Of a DNA stretch of 64,000 nt, positions 1 through 10,492 are shown piece by piece. Within the stretch, counting starts at the first letter, position 1. Each line of letters starts with the position of its first letter. A program made the translations under genes and the position numbers. Source of the DNA: Anolis carolinensis (lineage: Eukaryota); assembly GCF_035594765.1 (NCBI RefSeq), contig NC_085846.1, forward strand, positions 27,515,190 to 27,579,189, in the 5' to 3' direction. The notes beneath the pieces are model-generated. The model made no database searches. It was not told where the DNA came from and saw only the letters and a list, made by a program, of their open reading frames with translations.

Positions 1-240
1 CCTTCCGCATCGGCAACCAATCGCTAGAGACGCTGGGCCGCGTTCTAACGCCGCAGCCAATCACAAAGGCGCGCTCTACAGCTCAATACCCACCCATTTT
101 GCGAAATGAAATGAAGGCGCTGCAAAAGGCCACGCATCCTTCTTTTCCTGATTGGCTAGTGGAACCCTCCAATGAGAAAGGCAAGAGGGGAAAGAATCAG
201 TAACAGCAACAAGCCAGCAGGTGGCGCTGTAGAACAACAT
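1..240. promoter_or_regulatory. CpG-containing promoter with several CCAAT (NF-Y) boxes; by synteny probably the promoter of CDK5RAP3 (minus strand, gene outside the window)
   Basis: CCAAT at ~17, ~57 and ~169, ATTGG at ~151; CpG-rich start. Recalled human order is SP2-PNPO-PRR15L-CDK5RAP3, with PRR15L and CDK5RAP3 divergent. Confidence 0.65.
213..228 (+). promoter_or_regulatory. CTCF consensus site
   Basis: GCCAGCAGGTGGCGCT matches the CTCF core CCA(G/C)(C/T)AG(A/G)(G/T)GGCGC. Confidence 0.65.
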
Positions 241-384
241 AGGTTGAGCGTCTGAAGAGTCGCAGCTTTGAATGAATAATTCAGGCATGAATCTGCACGC
301 GTGATTGTAGATCAACACCAGGAGCCAAATAAATCAGTCTTAACCAAGGGCAGGATTAGTGACCAGAGAAGAGATTGCAAGTGA

Positions 385-531
385 GGCCCCTTTTGCGCTG
401 CCATATAATCCAGATTATCAAATCAAATAATCTACATTATCTGCTCTGAACTGGATTATATAAATCAACACTGCCACTTAATCCAGTTCATAGTAGATAA
501 TCTGGATTTTATATAGCAGTGTAGATGGAGC
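385..531. mobile_element. Non-autonomous DNA transposon (MITE), family with GGCCCC..CTGCCATATAATCCAG termini; related copies at ~4386-4530 and ~10580-10930
   Basis: Inverted termini ctgccatataatccagatt / aatctggattttatatagcag; dispersed copies in the window. Confidence 0.7.
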
Positions 532-613
532 CTGGGAAATTTAAGTCAGGCTACGAGGTCATCGACTCTATATGATGAACACCTTATTCTGCCACTACTC
601 TTAATCCACTATA

Positions 614-1076
614 GGGGTGCGTCTACATTAATTGATGCAGTTTTTGTGTGTGTCAGGAGCGATTTGAGAAAGGGCAAGTCACTTCTGGTGTGAAAGAGTT
701 GGCCGTCTGCAAGGATGTTGCCCAGGGGACGCCAGGATGTTCTGATGTTTTACCATCCTTGTGGGAGGTCTCGCTTATGTCCACGCATGGGAAGCTGGAG
801 CTGACAGAGGGAGCTCACCTGCTCTCCACCGACCTGTCAGTCAGCAGTCCTGCCGGCACAAGAGTTTAATCCATTGCGCCACTGGTGGCAGTTCAACACC
901 ACTTTAACTGCAATGGCTCAATGCTATGGAATTAGGGGGTTTTGGTGAGGCATTAGAGCTATTTGGCAGGGATGGATGGAGAACTTGTAAAACTACAATT
1001 CCCATTATTCCATAGCATTGAGCCATGGCGGTTAAAGTGGTGTCAAACTGAATTAATTCCACAGTGTAGAAGTACC
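614..1076. mobile_element. Palindromic MITE (GGGTGCATCTACACTGTAG.. family), interrupted by a SINE; other copies at ~19106-19313, 27292-27500, 29642-29851, 40738-41160 and 58955-59120
   Basis: Long inverted arms (..CCACTTTAACTGCCATGGCTCAATGCTATGGAAT.. and its reverse complement) repeated many times in the window. Confidence 0.8.
648..888 (-). mobile_element. tRNA-headed SINE (Anolis SINE2 type, Vingi-like tail); further copies at 11636-11822(+), 11946-12200(-), 13045-13317(-), 17780-18016(-), 20000-20262(-) and 24067-24300(-)
   Basis: Near-identical dispersed ~250-bp copies; Pol III A-box-like head GGTGGCGCAATGGGTTAA; tail CTCAAGTCGCTTCTGACACG. Confidence 0.85.
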
Positions 1077-1587
1077 TTTTGTTATACTCTGGCTATGTGA
1101 CATTAACGTGACCTTGCACCGGTCACTTTTCTTTAACCTGGGCCCCCTCAACGGGATGATCTGAGTGAAGGGGAAATAAAAGTTCCTTGTCCTACTATAT
1201 CTTTATTTCAGGAAACAGAAATAGACACAATAGGTTATTAATTTAAAATAAAAAAACATTGGAAGCTCGGTCTTCTGTCCGGAATTGTACTTCTCACTTC
1301 TTTGTCCCAAACCTGTTGAAGCTGGTTGACATACGTAACTCACTGGTGACAACTGTATACATGCCAGGGATAGTTTCACCCTGTTATCACTATATACAAG
1401 TTATACTGTACAAGTAATTTGTCTTATAACGTGTTGCCTCAATTCCTAAGTTGTTGGACTTAACACTGCGCCCATTGGCGGAGGAGGAGAAAGATCTTGT
1501 AAAACTACATGATTCCATCATATTGAGCCATGGCAATTAAAGTGGGGTTAAATTGCACTAATTCTACAGTGTAGATACACCCCTCAA

Positions 1588-2720
1588 CTTATATCCCCAT
1601 ACCAAAAAAGGGAAACGCTAAAGAATGCTCAAACTTTCGTACAGTGGCACTTATTTCACATGCCAGTAAAGTAATGCTCAAGATCCTGCAAGGCAGACTC
1701 CAGCAATACATGGAGCGAGAGTTGCCTGATGTACAAGCTGGGTTTAAAAAAGGCAGAGGAATGAGTAGACCAAATTGCCAATATCCGCTGGATAATGTAG
1801 GAAGCCAGGGAGTTTCAGAAAAACATCTATTTTTGTTTCATTGACTATTCTAAAGCCTTTGACTATGTGGATCATAATAAACTGTGGCCAGTTCTTGGTG
1901 ATGTGGGGATACCAAGTCACCTTGTTTGTCTCCTGAGAAATCTGTATAAAGACCAAGTAGCTACAGTAAGAACAGACCACGGAACAACAGACTGGTTCAA
2001 GATTGGGAAAGGAATACGGCAGAGTTATATACTCTCACCCTATCTATTCAACTTGTATGCAGAACACATCATGCGACGTGCGGGGCTTGACAAATCCAAG
2101 GTTGGAGTTAAAATTGCTGCAAGAAACATTAACAACCGTAGATATGCAGATAATACCACTCTGATGGTTGAAAGTGAGGAGCTGAGAAGCCTCATAACCA
2201 AGGTGAAAGAAGAAAGAACAAAAGCTGGGTTGCAGTTAAACATAAAAAAGCAAGATTATGGCAACCAGAATTATTGATAACTGGCAAATAGAGGGAGAAA
2301 TAGTGGAGGACTTTGTATTTCTAGGCATGAAAATTACTGCAGACATAGACTGCAGCCAGGAATCAGAAGAGGTTTACTTCCTGGGAAGAGAGCAATGACG
2401 AATCTTGATAAAAGAATTCAGAGTAGCGACATCACACTGGTAATGAAGGTCTGCATAGTTCAAGCAATGGTTTTTATTTATTTTATTTAATAAATAAACA
2501 TAGTGAGAAGGCAGGAAAGCTTGGAGAAGATCATGATGCTGGGGAAAATGGAAGGAAAAGGGAAGAGGGGTCAGTCAAGGTGGATGGATGTTATCCTTGA
2601 AGTGAGTGACTGGCTTGACCTTGAAGGAACTGGGGGTGGCAACGGCAGATAGGGAGCTCTGGCATGGGCTGGTCCATGAGGTCAAGAAGAGTCGGAAGTG
2701 ACTGAACAAAGAAACAACAA
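1588..2720 (+). mobile_element. RTE/BovB LINE, 5'-truncated and degenerate (RT domain plus 3' end)
   Basis: Frameshifted ORFs: PIPKKGNAKECSNFRTVALISHASKVMLKILQGRLQQYMERELPDVQAGF, FIDYSKAFD, YADNTTL; 3' end GAGTCGGAAGTGACTGAAC with a (CAA)-type tail. Confidence 0.92.
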
Positions 2721-2832
2721 AGATACACCCCAAATCGCCAAGGATTTTCTGAGGCACACTTGTCTAACAGTCCCCACACAAAACTTTGCAGAAGTTTGTC
2801 ATTTAGCTCAATGTGAATTCGTAAACAGTCGG

Positions 2833-2834
<2 letters not shown>

Positions 2835-2887
<53 letters not shown>

Positions 2888-2888
2888 G
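2835..2888. repeat. (TTA)n microsatellite, target of the R4 insertion
   Basis: ~18 perfect units. Confidence 0.95.
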
Positions 2889-3315
2889 ACACAGCAAACA
2901 CGATAGATATGCTGGATTTCGTATCAAAAAATCACAAGCCGAACACTTCCCAAGTGTCTAGGACTGTGTGATGTATTTTCGGATGATGCGCGCAGATCCC
3001 AGCAGGGTGGCCTTTTGCAGTTGGCAGATCGTAATTTTGTCAATGTCTATTGTTTCCAAATGCCGGCTGAGATCTTTTGGCACGGCACCCAGTGTGCCCA
3101 TCACCACCGAGACCACCTGCACTGGTTTCTGCCAGAGTCTTTGAAGTTCAATCTTGAGGTCCTGATAGCGGCTGAGTTTTTCCTGTTGTTTTTTGTCAAT
3201 GCCACTGTCACCTGGGATGGCAACATCAATGATCCAAACCTTTTTCTTTTCCACAACTGTGATGTCTGGTGTGTTGTGTTCCAGAACTTTGTCAGTCTGG
3301 ATTCGGAAGTCCCAC
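2889..3315 (-). mobile_element. R4/Dong-clade non-LTR retrotransposon 3' end (restriction-like endonuclease domain)
   Basis: WDFRIQTDKVLEHNTPDITVVEKKKVWIIDVAIP...EKLSRYQDL...GTLGAVP (PD..D RLE motif); short 3'UTR ending in (TAA)n. Confidence 0.9.
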
Positions 3316-3638
3316 CCCCCGTAGGTGCCACCTTGCAGTGGTGGGAGGGCTTAATCATTTCGAGGACGCTGAGGGCTGTGCTGGCGGTAGTTAGCTGCAG
3401 GTCCAACCAAGCCAGAGAGGCCTCAGCTGAAGAATGGAACCAAGAGCACCTAACCCATTAGCATTATGGAGAATCAAACCAAAACAAAGTCTATACCGGC
3501 TCGGTCATCACCCAGGATAAAAAGGACCGCGGTGGATGCTGCTGATTCTGGACATCCATCGACAAGTGGGCTACAGAATCAAAATACAAATGAACAGTCA
3601 CAGAAGTGGCAGAAATATACAATGCCTGAAAACCGCAC

Positions 3639-3640
<2 letters not shown>
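3316..3640 (+). mobile_element. Inverted 5' segment (leader plus ORF start) probably of the same R4 element
   Basis: Structured leader, then ORF MENQTK...QKWQKYTMPENR, resembling the R4 N-terminal Myb-like start K-W/Y-T-x-x-E-N; enclosed within the same (TTA)n array. Confidence 0.65.

Positions 3641-3682
<42 letters not shown>
3639..3682. repeat. (TTA)n microsatellite
   Basis: ~14 perfect units. Confidence 0.95.
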
Positions 3683-4084
3683 GAATTGTGTCTCTGGAAA
3701 AAGTCTGTGAAGCAGAAGGAGAGAGAAGGAAATTAAATTGTAGGGCTGGTGGAATATTTGCATAGCAGTAATGCTAAGCATCAGCTCTCGACTCGGTACA
3801 TTCATTTGCTTACAGGACAGGTCCTAAGAAAACGTAAGAGAAAAAAACACAAAGAACTCGCCGAATCACATGCGTGGTACAGTGCCAAAGTTTTCATCAC
3901 AAACACTGATTGCATGTATAACAATCAGACTGGTAGAGTCAGCCCTGCTAAGTATTTTAACAGTCTGAATTATCTCACAATCTCTCCCATCATTTCCATA
4001 TCAGGTGATCATGTTGCCAAGAAGTGGAAGTTCTTTGAAAAGTCTATGCCGTAACATCTACACTAATCTCCTGTGATCTTAAGT

Positions 4085-4300
4085 AATGGAGCCAGTTTGA
4101 TGTAGTAGTTCCAGCGTAGATTGTGACACTAGAGACCTGTGTTCGAATCCCGGTTTGATCATGGAAACCCATTGGGTGACTTTGGACAAGTCACACTCTC
4201 TCAGCCTTGGAGGAACACAACAACCAACCTTTTCTGAACCAAGAAAAGCCCTTGCTAAGTTCACCAGAGTGTCGCCTTCAGTCAGAAATGATTTGAAGGC
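4085..4300 (+). mobile_element. Old tRNA/CORE-type SINE; similar copies at ~11840-12360 (split by a younger SINE), 16030-16150, 23550-23780, 26060-26215(-) and 28870-29060
   Basis: B-box GTTCGAATCC followed by the CORE-like GGGTGACTTTGGACAAGTCAC. Confidence 0.7.
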
Positions 4301-5764
4301 ATTAATTTTCATGCTCTAGTTATTGCATTATAATTTTATTATATAGTTATTCATCTGTAGCTCTAACAATTCTAGTTCTTGCTGAGGCCTCTTCCACACA
4401 GATGAATAACATCCCAGATTATCTGCTTTGAACTGGAATATATGGCAGTATGGACTCAGATATCCCAGTTCAAATATTGTGGGATTTTCTGCCTTGATGT
4501 TCTGGGTTATATGGCTGTGTGAAAGGGCCCTGAGCCTGGGAGATATCAATGAGATGCAAAAATGTCATCTACGTAAAGAAGATCACCATCTCAGTAATAA
4601 GTTTTATTATAGATTATATAATAAATACTAAATTATTATTTTCTTATGTTAAAATGTATTGATCAAAAACAGGGCTGCTCAAGATGTTTTCTTCATAAGG
4701 TGGGGAGCAAAACTGCAAACCTTCTCTTCCACGTATAAGATGAATTGGATTGACAATTGAATATTTCTTCAAAACTGATAATGGCCTATCATCTTCCACA
4801 CTACTTGGCACAAAGATATCTCTTTCCGCACCTTGCTACTGCTTCCCAGCATCTATTGCCCAAGGCAATTGCCTCACACTGCAGTGCTTACACATAAGCC
4901 TTGGGCTAAATAAAGATAACAAACTTATGGTAATTACTTTAGGATTCAGACATAGTTATGCTTCTAGAAGACCCATGGAAATTCCCTTAGTTGTGGCTGA
5001 TGTGTCCCATTGATTATCTCCTTGCTATATGATTATTGCACTTTGACACACTTTAACTGCTATGGCTCTGAAAGATGGAATCCTGAGATTTGTAGTTTCA
5101 TGGACCACTGAGAATGTCATGAGAATACTTCTGGAACATGGCCATACAGCCCGGAAAACATAAAACAACTCTGTGATTCCAGCCATGAAAGCCTTCTACA
5201 ACACTTGTAGTCTCTTCCATCTCTATGAATCTAGGATTCTAGTATTCTGTGTCTCATACCACGGCAGTTATGGTGGGATCAAACTGCTATAATTGTGCAG
5301 TGTGGATATAGCAAGCCAGGATCAAACCTGTTATGTATATCCATTGGCCTGTGTTCAGACAACGTTATACTTGGGATTAATTCAGGACCCACTGATTTCA
5401 ATGAGGTTTAAGTGCATCTAATTTTTCCTGTAGAGTCCATGTAGGGTGGCCAGACTGTGTTTAAGCACAAGAGATTCAAGCAGCATCCTTTATTAAACAT
5501 CTATACACATCATAAAAGTGAAAATGTGGATGTGTGGATGTGGCAGAGGTGTTCGTTCACACAGACAGCTATAACCCACAGTGCTAAGGAGCCAACAATG
5601 GCCCTACCTCCAAGGACATTGCAGGTTACAGTGAGCGTCATATCCCAAGGTTCCTTTCTCTCTCCATTGTGGTGGAATTTGCATGACCCCGCTCACTACC
5701 TCTTCCTTAACACTTTCTTACCCTTTCCTATGGCACACAGCACACAGAGATGAATTGATCAGCA

Positions 5765-6300
5765 ACTGAACAGACTGGAGGGTTTTGGGGGACTGACTCA
5801 ACGGGATGAAAGTTATAGTTCACCCTGCATCAAGACACAACAATGTGACTCCCACTGACAATGGACCTGGACCACATTTGGCAAACAGAACCCCCATGAT
5901 CAACAGAACATACTGGAGGGGTTTGAGGGGAACTGACCTTCATTTCTAGGAGTTGTAGTTCACCTACATCTGGAGATACCATGAGCATCACCGACAATAG
6001 ACCGGGACCAAACTTGGCACACAGAACCCCCATGACCAACTGAACCTACTGGAGGGGTTTGAGGGGAACTGACCTTCGTTTCTGGGAGTTGTAGTTCACC
6101 TACATCCAGAGATACCGTGAACTCCACTGACAATAGACCAGGACCAAACTTGGCACACAGAATCCCCATGACCAACTGAACCTACTGGTGGAGTTTGAGG
6201 AGAACTGACTCACCATGGTGAGAGTTGTAGCTCACCCTGCAGCCAGAGACCCCACGGACCCCACCGATGATGCATCTAGAGATCAAACTTGCCCAACAAA
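5765..6300. repeat. Tandem repeat, ~136-bp unit x ~4, probably inside a non-autonomous (Helitron-like) element spanning ~5550-6410
   Basis: The GACAAT(G/A)GACC anchor recurs at 5857, 5993, 6129 and (diverged) 6266; the element class is inferred only. Confidence 0.8.
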
Positions 6301-7375
6301 CTAAGCATTGATGGTGTGTCAGGGGGTTAACCTGGCATGATGTGAGTTGTAATTCTCCTGCAACCTTATGAATTTGTGCAATTAAAAAATGACTTTTTCA
6401 AATAACCCGGTCAAGATAGTGCTAAAATAAAATTCAAACCAGTGCTCAAGATTATAAAAGAAGGGGGCATTCCTTCTTACCTATTGTAATAGCATCTTTA
6501 GTTTTAGTAGTTACTGGGGAGTTCGTTTGTTTTTTTGGCTAAATGTGATGGCAATGACCATCTACATTTCTTAAGACCCAACCTCTTCCCTTCCTAATGT
6601 AATTCAAACAGGGATATAAATGTGATTTTTTGAGGCAGGTGCTGTTTTAGAAAATTTGTTTATGAATCCACCCATCCATCCCCACCCAAACAACTTGTTG
6701 TTCTAGCACACAGGTGGGCGATTTGCTGTCTCTCCAGATGCTGCTGGACTCCGGGTTCTATCAGCCCCTGAATTAGATTTTCCAGGACCTATGAGAGTTT
6801 AGCCCAACAATATCTGCCTCCCATAAGCTCCCATAAGCAAACCAGCTGAATGAACCCTTTCTTGTAGTGAGAATATGTGCTGAATGAGAAAGGGAACGCT
6901 CCCCCTTCACACTAGTTTATAAGAAAAGGGAGAGAGGAGAGGAACCGGTCTGGCAACTGCCCGAGCCAGAGTCTGGTTTGACTAATCTTCTAAAAGGAAA
7001 GAATAGATTTTGAAAAGACAATAGTCCAATCAAGTAAAGTGGGAGATGGAGGTCTTAACTCTTAAGTGGCCAAGAGAAGCAGGGAGATGGGGACTGGAGA
7101 TCTTCTGCCTATAATGGGAGCTTTTCCAGTCCATGAAAACATGCCAGTCAGACTCAAATCCACGAAAGCAGATACTGATAATATAATTTGTCAGTTCCTT
7201 TCATTCAGTGGTTCCCAACCTGTGCTCCACCAAGCCTTTAGGGCTCCTCATGCACTTCCCAGGGGGTCCGTGGCCGCTCCAGGAAAATAAAATAAATACA
7301 AATTGAATGACATTAAAGAATAAAAAAAACAAAAAGTAGAATCAAAATAAGAAAACTAGAAATTATATTCTGAAT

Positions 7376-8250
7376 GGTCAGACCACACCTAGAATGCTGT
7401 GTTTTTTGTTGTTTTTGTTTTGGTGGATAAATAGTTTATTAATGATATGTTACATAACAAAACAGCAAATTATAGGAGATCAAGTCAGATAACAATCCTT
7501 TTGAAATGTACATGCACATCTACATTAGTCAATCAACTGGTTAATTCTAACATTGAGTACATATTATCAGTAACTCAAAACATATAGAATTGCTCTTTCT
7601 ACATGTTATCCACTATTTTCAATCTAGGATTCTACTCATTTTTAAAAAAATTAAATATAAGAGTTCACCCTAACATTCAAACAAAGACATACAACATATT
7701 ACACACCACAGACCCTGCACGTGCCCCAAACCCCCATCCCACACCTAGAATACTGTGTCCAATTCTGGGCACAGCAATTTAAGGGAGATGTTGACAAACT
7801 GGAATGTGTCCAGAGGAGGGCGACTAAAACGATTAAGGGTCTGGAGAACAAGCCCTATGAGGAGAGGCTTAAAGAACTGGACATGTTTAGCCTGCAGAAG
7901 AGAAGGCTGAGAGGAGACATGATAGCCATGTATAAATATGTGAGGGGGAGTCATAGGGAGGAGGGAGCAAGCTTGTTTTCTGCTGCCCTGGAGACTAGGA
8001 CGCAGAACAATGGCTTCAAACTACAGGAAAGGAGATTCCACCTGAACATCAGGAAGAACTTCCTCACTGTGAGGGCTGTTCGGCAGTGGGACTCTCTCGC
8101 CCGGACTGTGGTGGAGGCTCCTTCTTTGGAGGCTTTTAAGCAGAGACTGGATGGCCATCTGTCAGGGGTGCTTTGAATGTGATTTTCGTGCTTCTTGGTA
8201 GGGGTAGACTGGATGGTCCATGAGGTCTCTTCCAACTCTATGATTCTATT
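7376..8250 (+). mobile_element. CR1 LINE 3' end, interrupted at 7402-7738
   Basis: RPHLEYCVQFWAQQFKGDVDKLECVQRRATK...LFSLQKRRLRGDMI-type CR1 C-terminus; tail CCAACTCTATGATTCTAT. Confidence 0.92.
7402..7738 (-). mobile_element. Retroposed 3'-UTR fragment (L1/Tx1-like) with A-rich tail
   Basis: 19-bp TSD ccacacctagaat(g/a)ctgtg at 7383-7401 and 7739-7757; AATAAA plus A-rich tail on the minus strand. Confidence 0.7.
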
Positions 8251-8484
8251 AATAGAAATTTGCTAAATTGAATTGGTTACTCTGCAAAAAAAAAAAGTAA
8301 CCACTGGTGTCTTATTAAACATTTAAACATTATTTTATGTTATGTCTTAATTTAGGCGTACTGCTGCACAACAGCGCACTCTAGTTCTGTTGTAATGTAA
8401 ATTGTTTGATTTATTGAACTTTGGAATATCTCTCCACAGATATATATTTTTACTTTCCTTGCCTAGTTTATCCATGCCTCACAA

Positions 8485-8525
8485 CCTCTGAGGATGACTG
8501 CCATAGATGTGGGCGAAACGTCAGG
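8485..8525 (+). ncRNA. Minimal type I hammerhead ribozyme motif in a Penelope pLTR fragment
   Basis: cct-CTGAGGA-t-gactgc(catagat)gtgggc-GAAA-c-GTC-agg. Confidence 0.65.
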
Positions 8526-8682
8526 AAAGACATACAACAACCCTGCAACTTTGGAATAATTTTTATGTATGGCCAAGTTTTGACAATATCATGTGTATTG
8601 GTGGTAGCTGAGAATATATTGAGATATTATGGTAAATTTCAAAGTTTTCAAAATACAATTTAATTGCATGGACATTGCTCAA

Positions 8683-9487
8683 CTGTGTTGTCAAAGGCTT
8701 TCATGGCCAGAATTGCTGGGTTCTTTTCCATATTTTGCTGGGTGAGTTTTCCAGGCTGCATGGACATGTTCCAGAAGCATTCTCTCCTGACGTTTTGCCC
8801 ACATCTATGGCAGGCATCCTCAGAGGTTGTGAGGTCTGTTGGAAACTAGACAAGGGTGGTAGAAAGTATTCTTGTCTGTTTGAGGCAAGTGTGAATGTTG
8901 TAACTGGCCACCTTGATTAGCATGACATGGCCCTGCAGCTTTAAAGCCTGGCTGTTTCCTACCTGGGGGAATCCTTTGTTGGGAGGTGTTAGCTGGCCCT
9001 AATTGTTTCCTTTCTGGAATTCCTCTGGGTTTTTTTTAGTGTTGTTCTTTATTTACTGTCCTGATTTTAGAGTTTTTAAAATACTGGTAGCCAGACTTTG
9101 TTCATTTTCATGGTTTCCTCCTTTCTGTTCTCTAAAATCAGAACAGTAAATAAAGAACAATACTCAGAAAACGGGAATTCCAGACAAGAAACAATCGGGG
9201 CCAACTAACACCTCCCAAAAAAGGATTCCCCCAGGCAGGAAACATCCAGGCTTTGAAGCTGCAAGGCTATTCATTGCTAGCCAAGCTGGCCAATTGCAAC
9301 AATCACACTAAAACAGACAAGAGTTTTTTCTCCCACCCTGGACATTCCACAGATATATAAACCCCATTTGCCTAGTTTCCAACAGACCTCACAACCTCTG
9401 AGGATGCCTGCCATAGATGTGGATGAAATGTGAGGAGAGAATGCTTCTGGAACGTGGCCATATGTCCCAGAATACTCACAGCAACCA
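8683..9487. mobile_element. Penelope-like element, inverted pseudo-LTR (pLTR) pair
   Basis: Minus copy ~8685-9130 joined to plus copy ~9130-9487; TSD attgctcaa at 8674-8682 and 9488-9496. Short fragments of the same family at ~5115-5205, 8455-8545 and 10660-10828. Confidence 0.85.
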
Positions 9488-10160
9488 ATTGCTCAATGGT
9501 TTAGATATCTCTTTACTTTACAGTCCCTTACTGTCTATCCTCTCTTCCTCCCCCCTATCGCTATTTCTAAACACCATTAACTTGTAAGACAAAGGGTAGG
9601 GCTAAGGGGGTCCGTAATAGAAACAGATTCTAAAAAGGGTTCCATGAATCAAAAAGTTTTGGGAACCACTGCTTTAATACATTTAAATCTTGCCTTCCTG
9701 ATAAGATTCTCAACAGCATGTGTGTGGTCCCTTCCCACACAGCTTTCTATTCTCACAATGATCCTGTGAGGCATCATAAACGGAATGGTCTCTAGGTTCA
9801 CAAGAAGGCTAGATAGATGAATATGAATTTGGCCCTAACTTTCTCCGCCCTAGGACTTTCTGGTTTATATGATAGAGGTACAGTTATTAAAAATTTGGAG
9901 CAAAATGTTCGAAATGCACACTGACTGCCTAGATGAGCCTCTGATAGAAATCAATTCCACACCATGGGAGAGCACCGCCTCACCTGGAAAGTTTCTGATG
10001 CAAGGAACATACTTTCCCTAGCCAGTGAATGGGTTGTAGCCTATCACCAGCTATAAAATAACCCCATGCCAAGAAGACTGAAATGACCAGTAAAAAAATA
10101 ATTTAGCAATCTGAGTTTATACCCATGCTTTTGCATTGTTAATTTTAATTCTCCAAATCA

Positions 10161-10492
10161 TAGCCCCCGATAGTGCAGTGTGTTAAAGTGCTGAGCTGCT
10201 GAACTTGCAGATCAAAAGGTCTCAGGTTCGAATCAAGGGAGCGGAGTGAGCGCCCACTGTTAGCTCCAGCTCCTGCCAACCTAGCAGTTCGAAAACATGC
10301 CAATGTGAGTAGATCAATAGGTATAGCTCTGGTGGGAAGGTAATGGCGCTCCATGCAGTCATGCCAGCCACATGACCTTGGAGGAGTCTACGGACAACGC
10401 TGGCTCTTCGTCTTATAAATGGAGATGAGCACCAACCCCCAGAGTCGGACATGACTGGACTTAACGTCAGGGGAAACCTTTACCTTTTACTT
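10161..10492 (+). mobile_element. Sauria SINE; other copies at 26676-26972(-) and 45974-46302(+)
   Basis: tRNA-like A/B boxes, core CTAGCAGTTCGAAAACATGC, BovB-like tail GAGTCGGACATGACTG, (ACCTTT)n end. Confidence 0.9.

Larger units (their letters stand above)
7206..9671. mobile_element. hAT-type non-autonomous DNA transposon hosting nested insertions
   Basis: Terminal inverted repeats (TIRs) CAGTGGTTCCCAA / TTGGGAACCACTG; 8-bp flanks ctttcatt / ctttaata (6/8 match). Confidence 0.75.

Noticed and set aside
2698-3765. Poly-Leu/poly-Ile ORFs resembling transmembrane peptides (also poly-N/Y at 41104-41427)
   Set aside because: Translations of trinucleotide microsatellites.
5765-6300. Regularly spaced repeats resembling CRISPR
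   Set aside because: Whole 136-bp units repeat with no unique spacers; vertebrate DNA with no cas genes.
7721-8176. 151-aa ORF (and 62784-63146, 62045-62416) as host genes
   Set aside because: CR1 and L2 ORF2 remnants.
10161-10240. tRNA gene
   Set aside because: Only the tRNA-derived head of a Sauria SINE; no cloverleaf or terminator.
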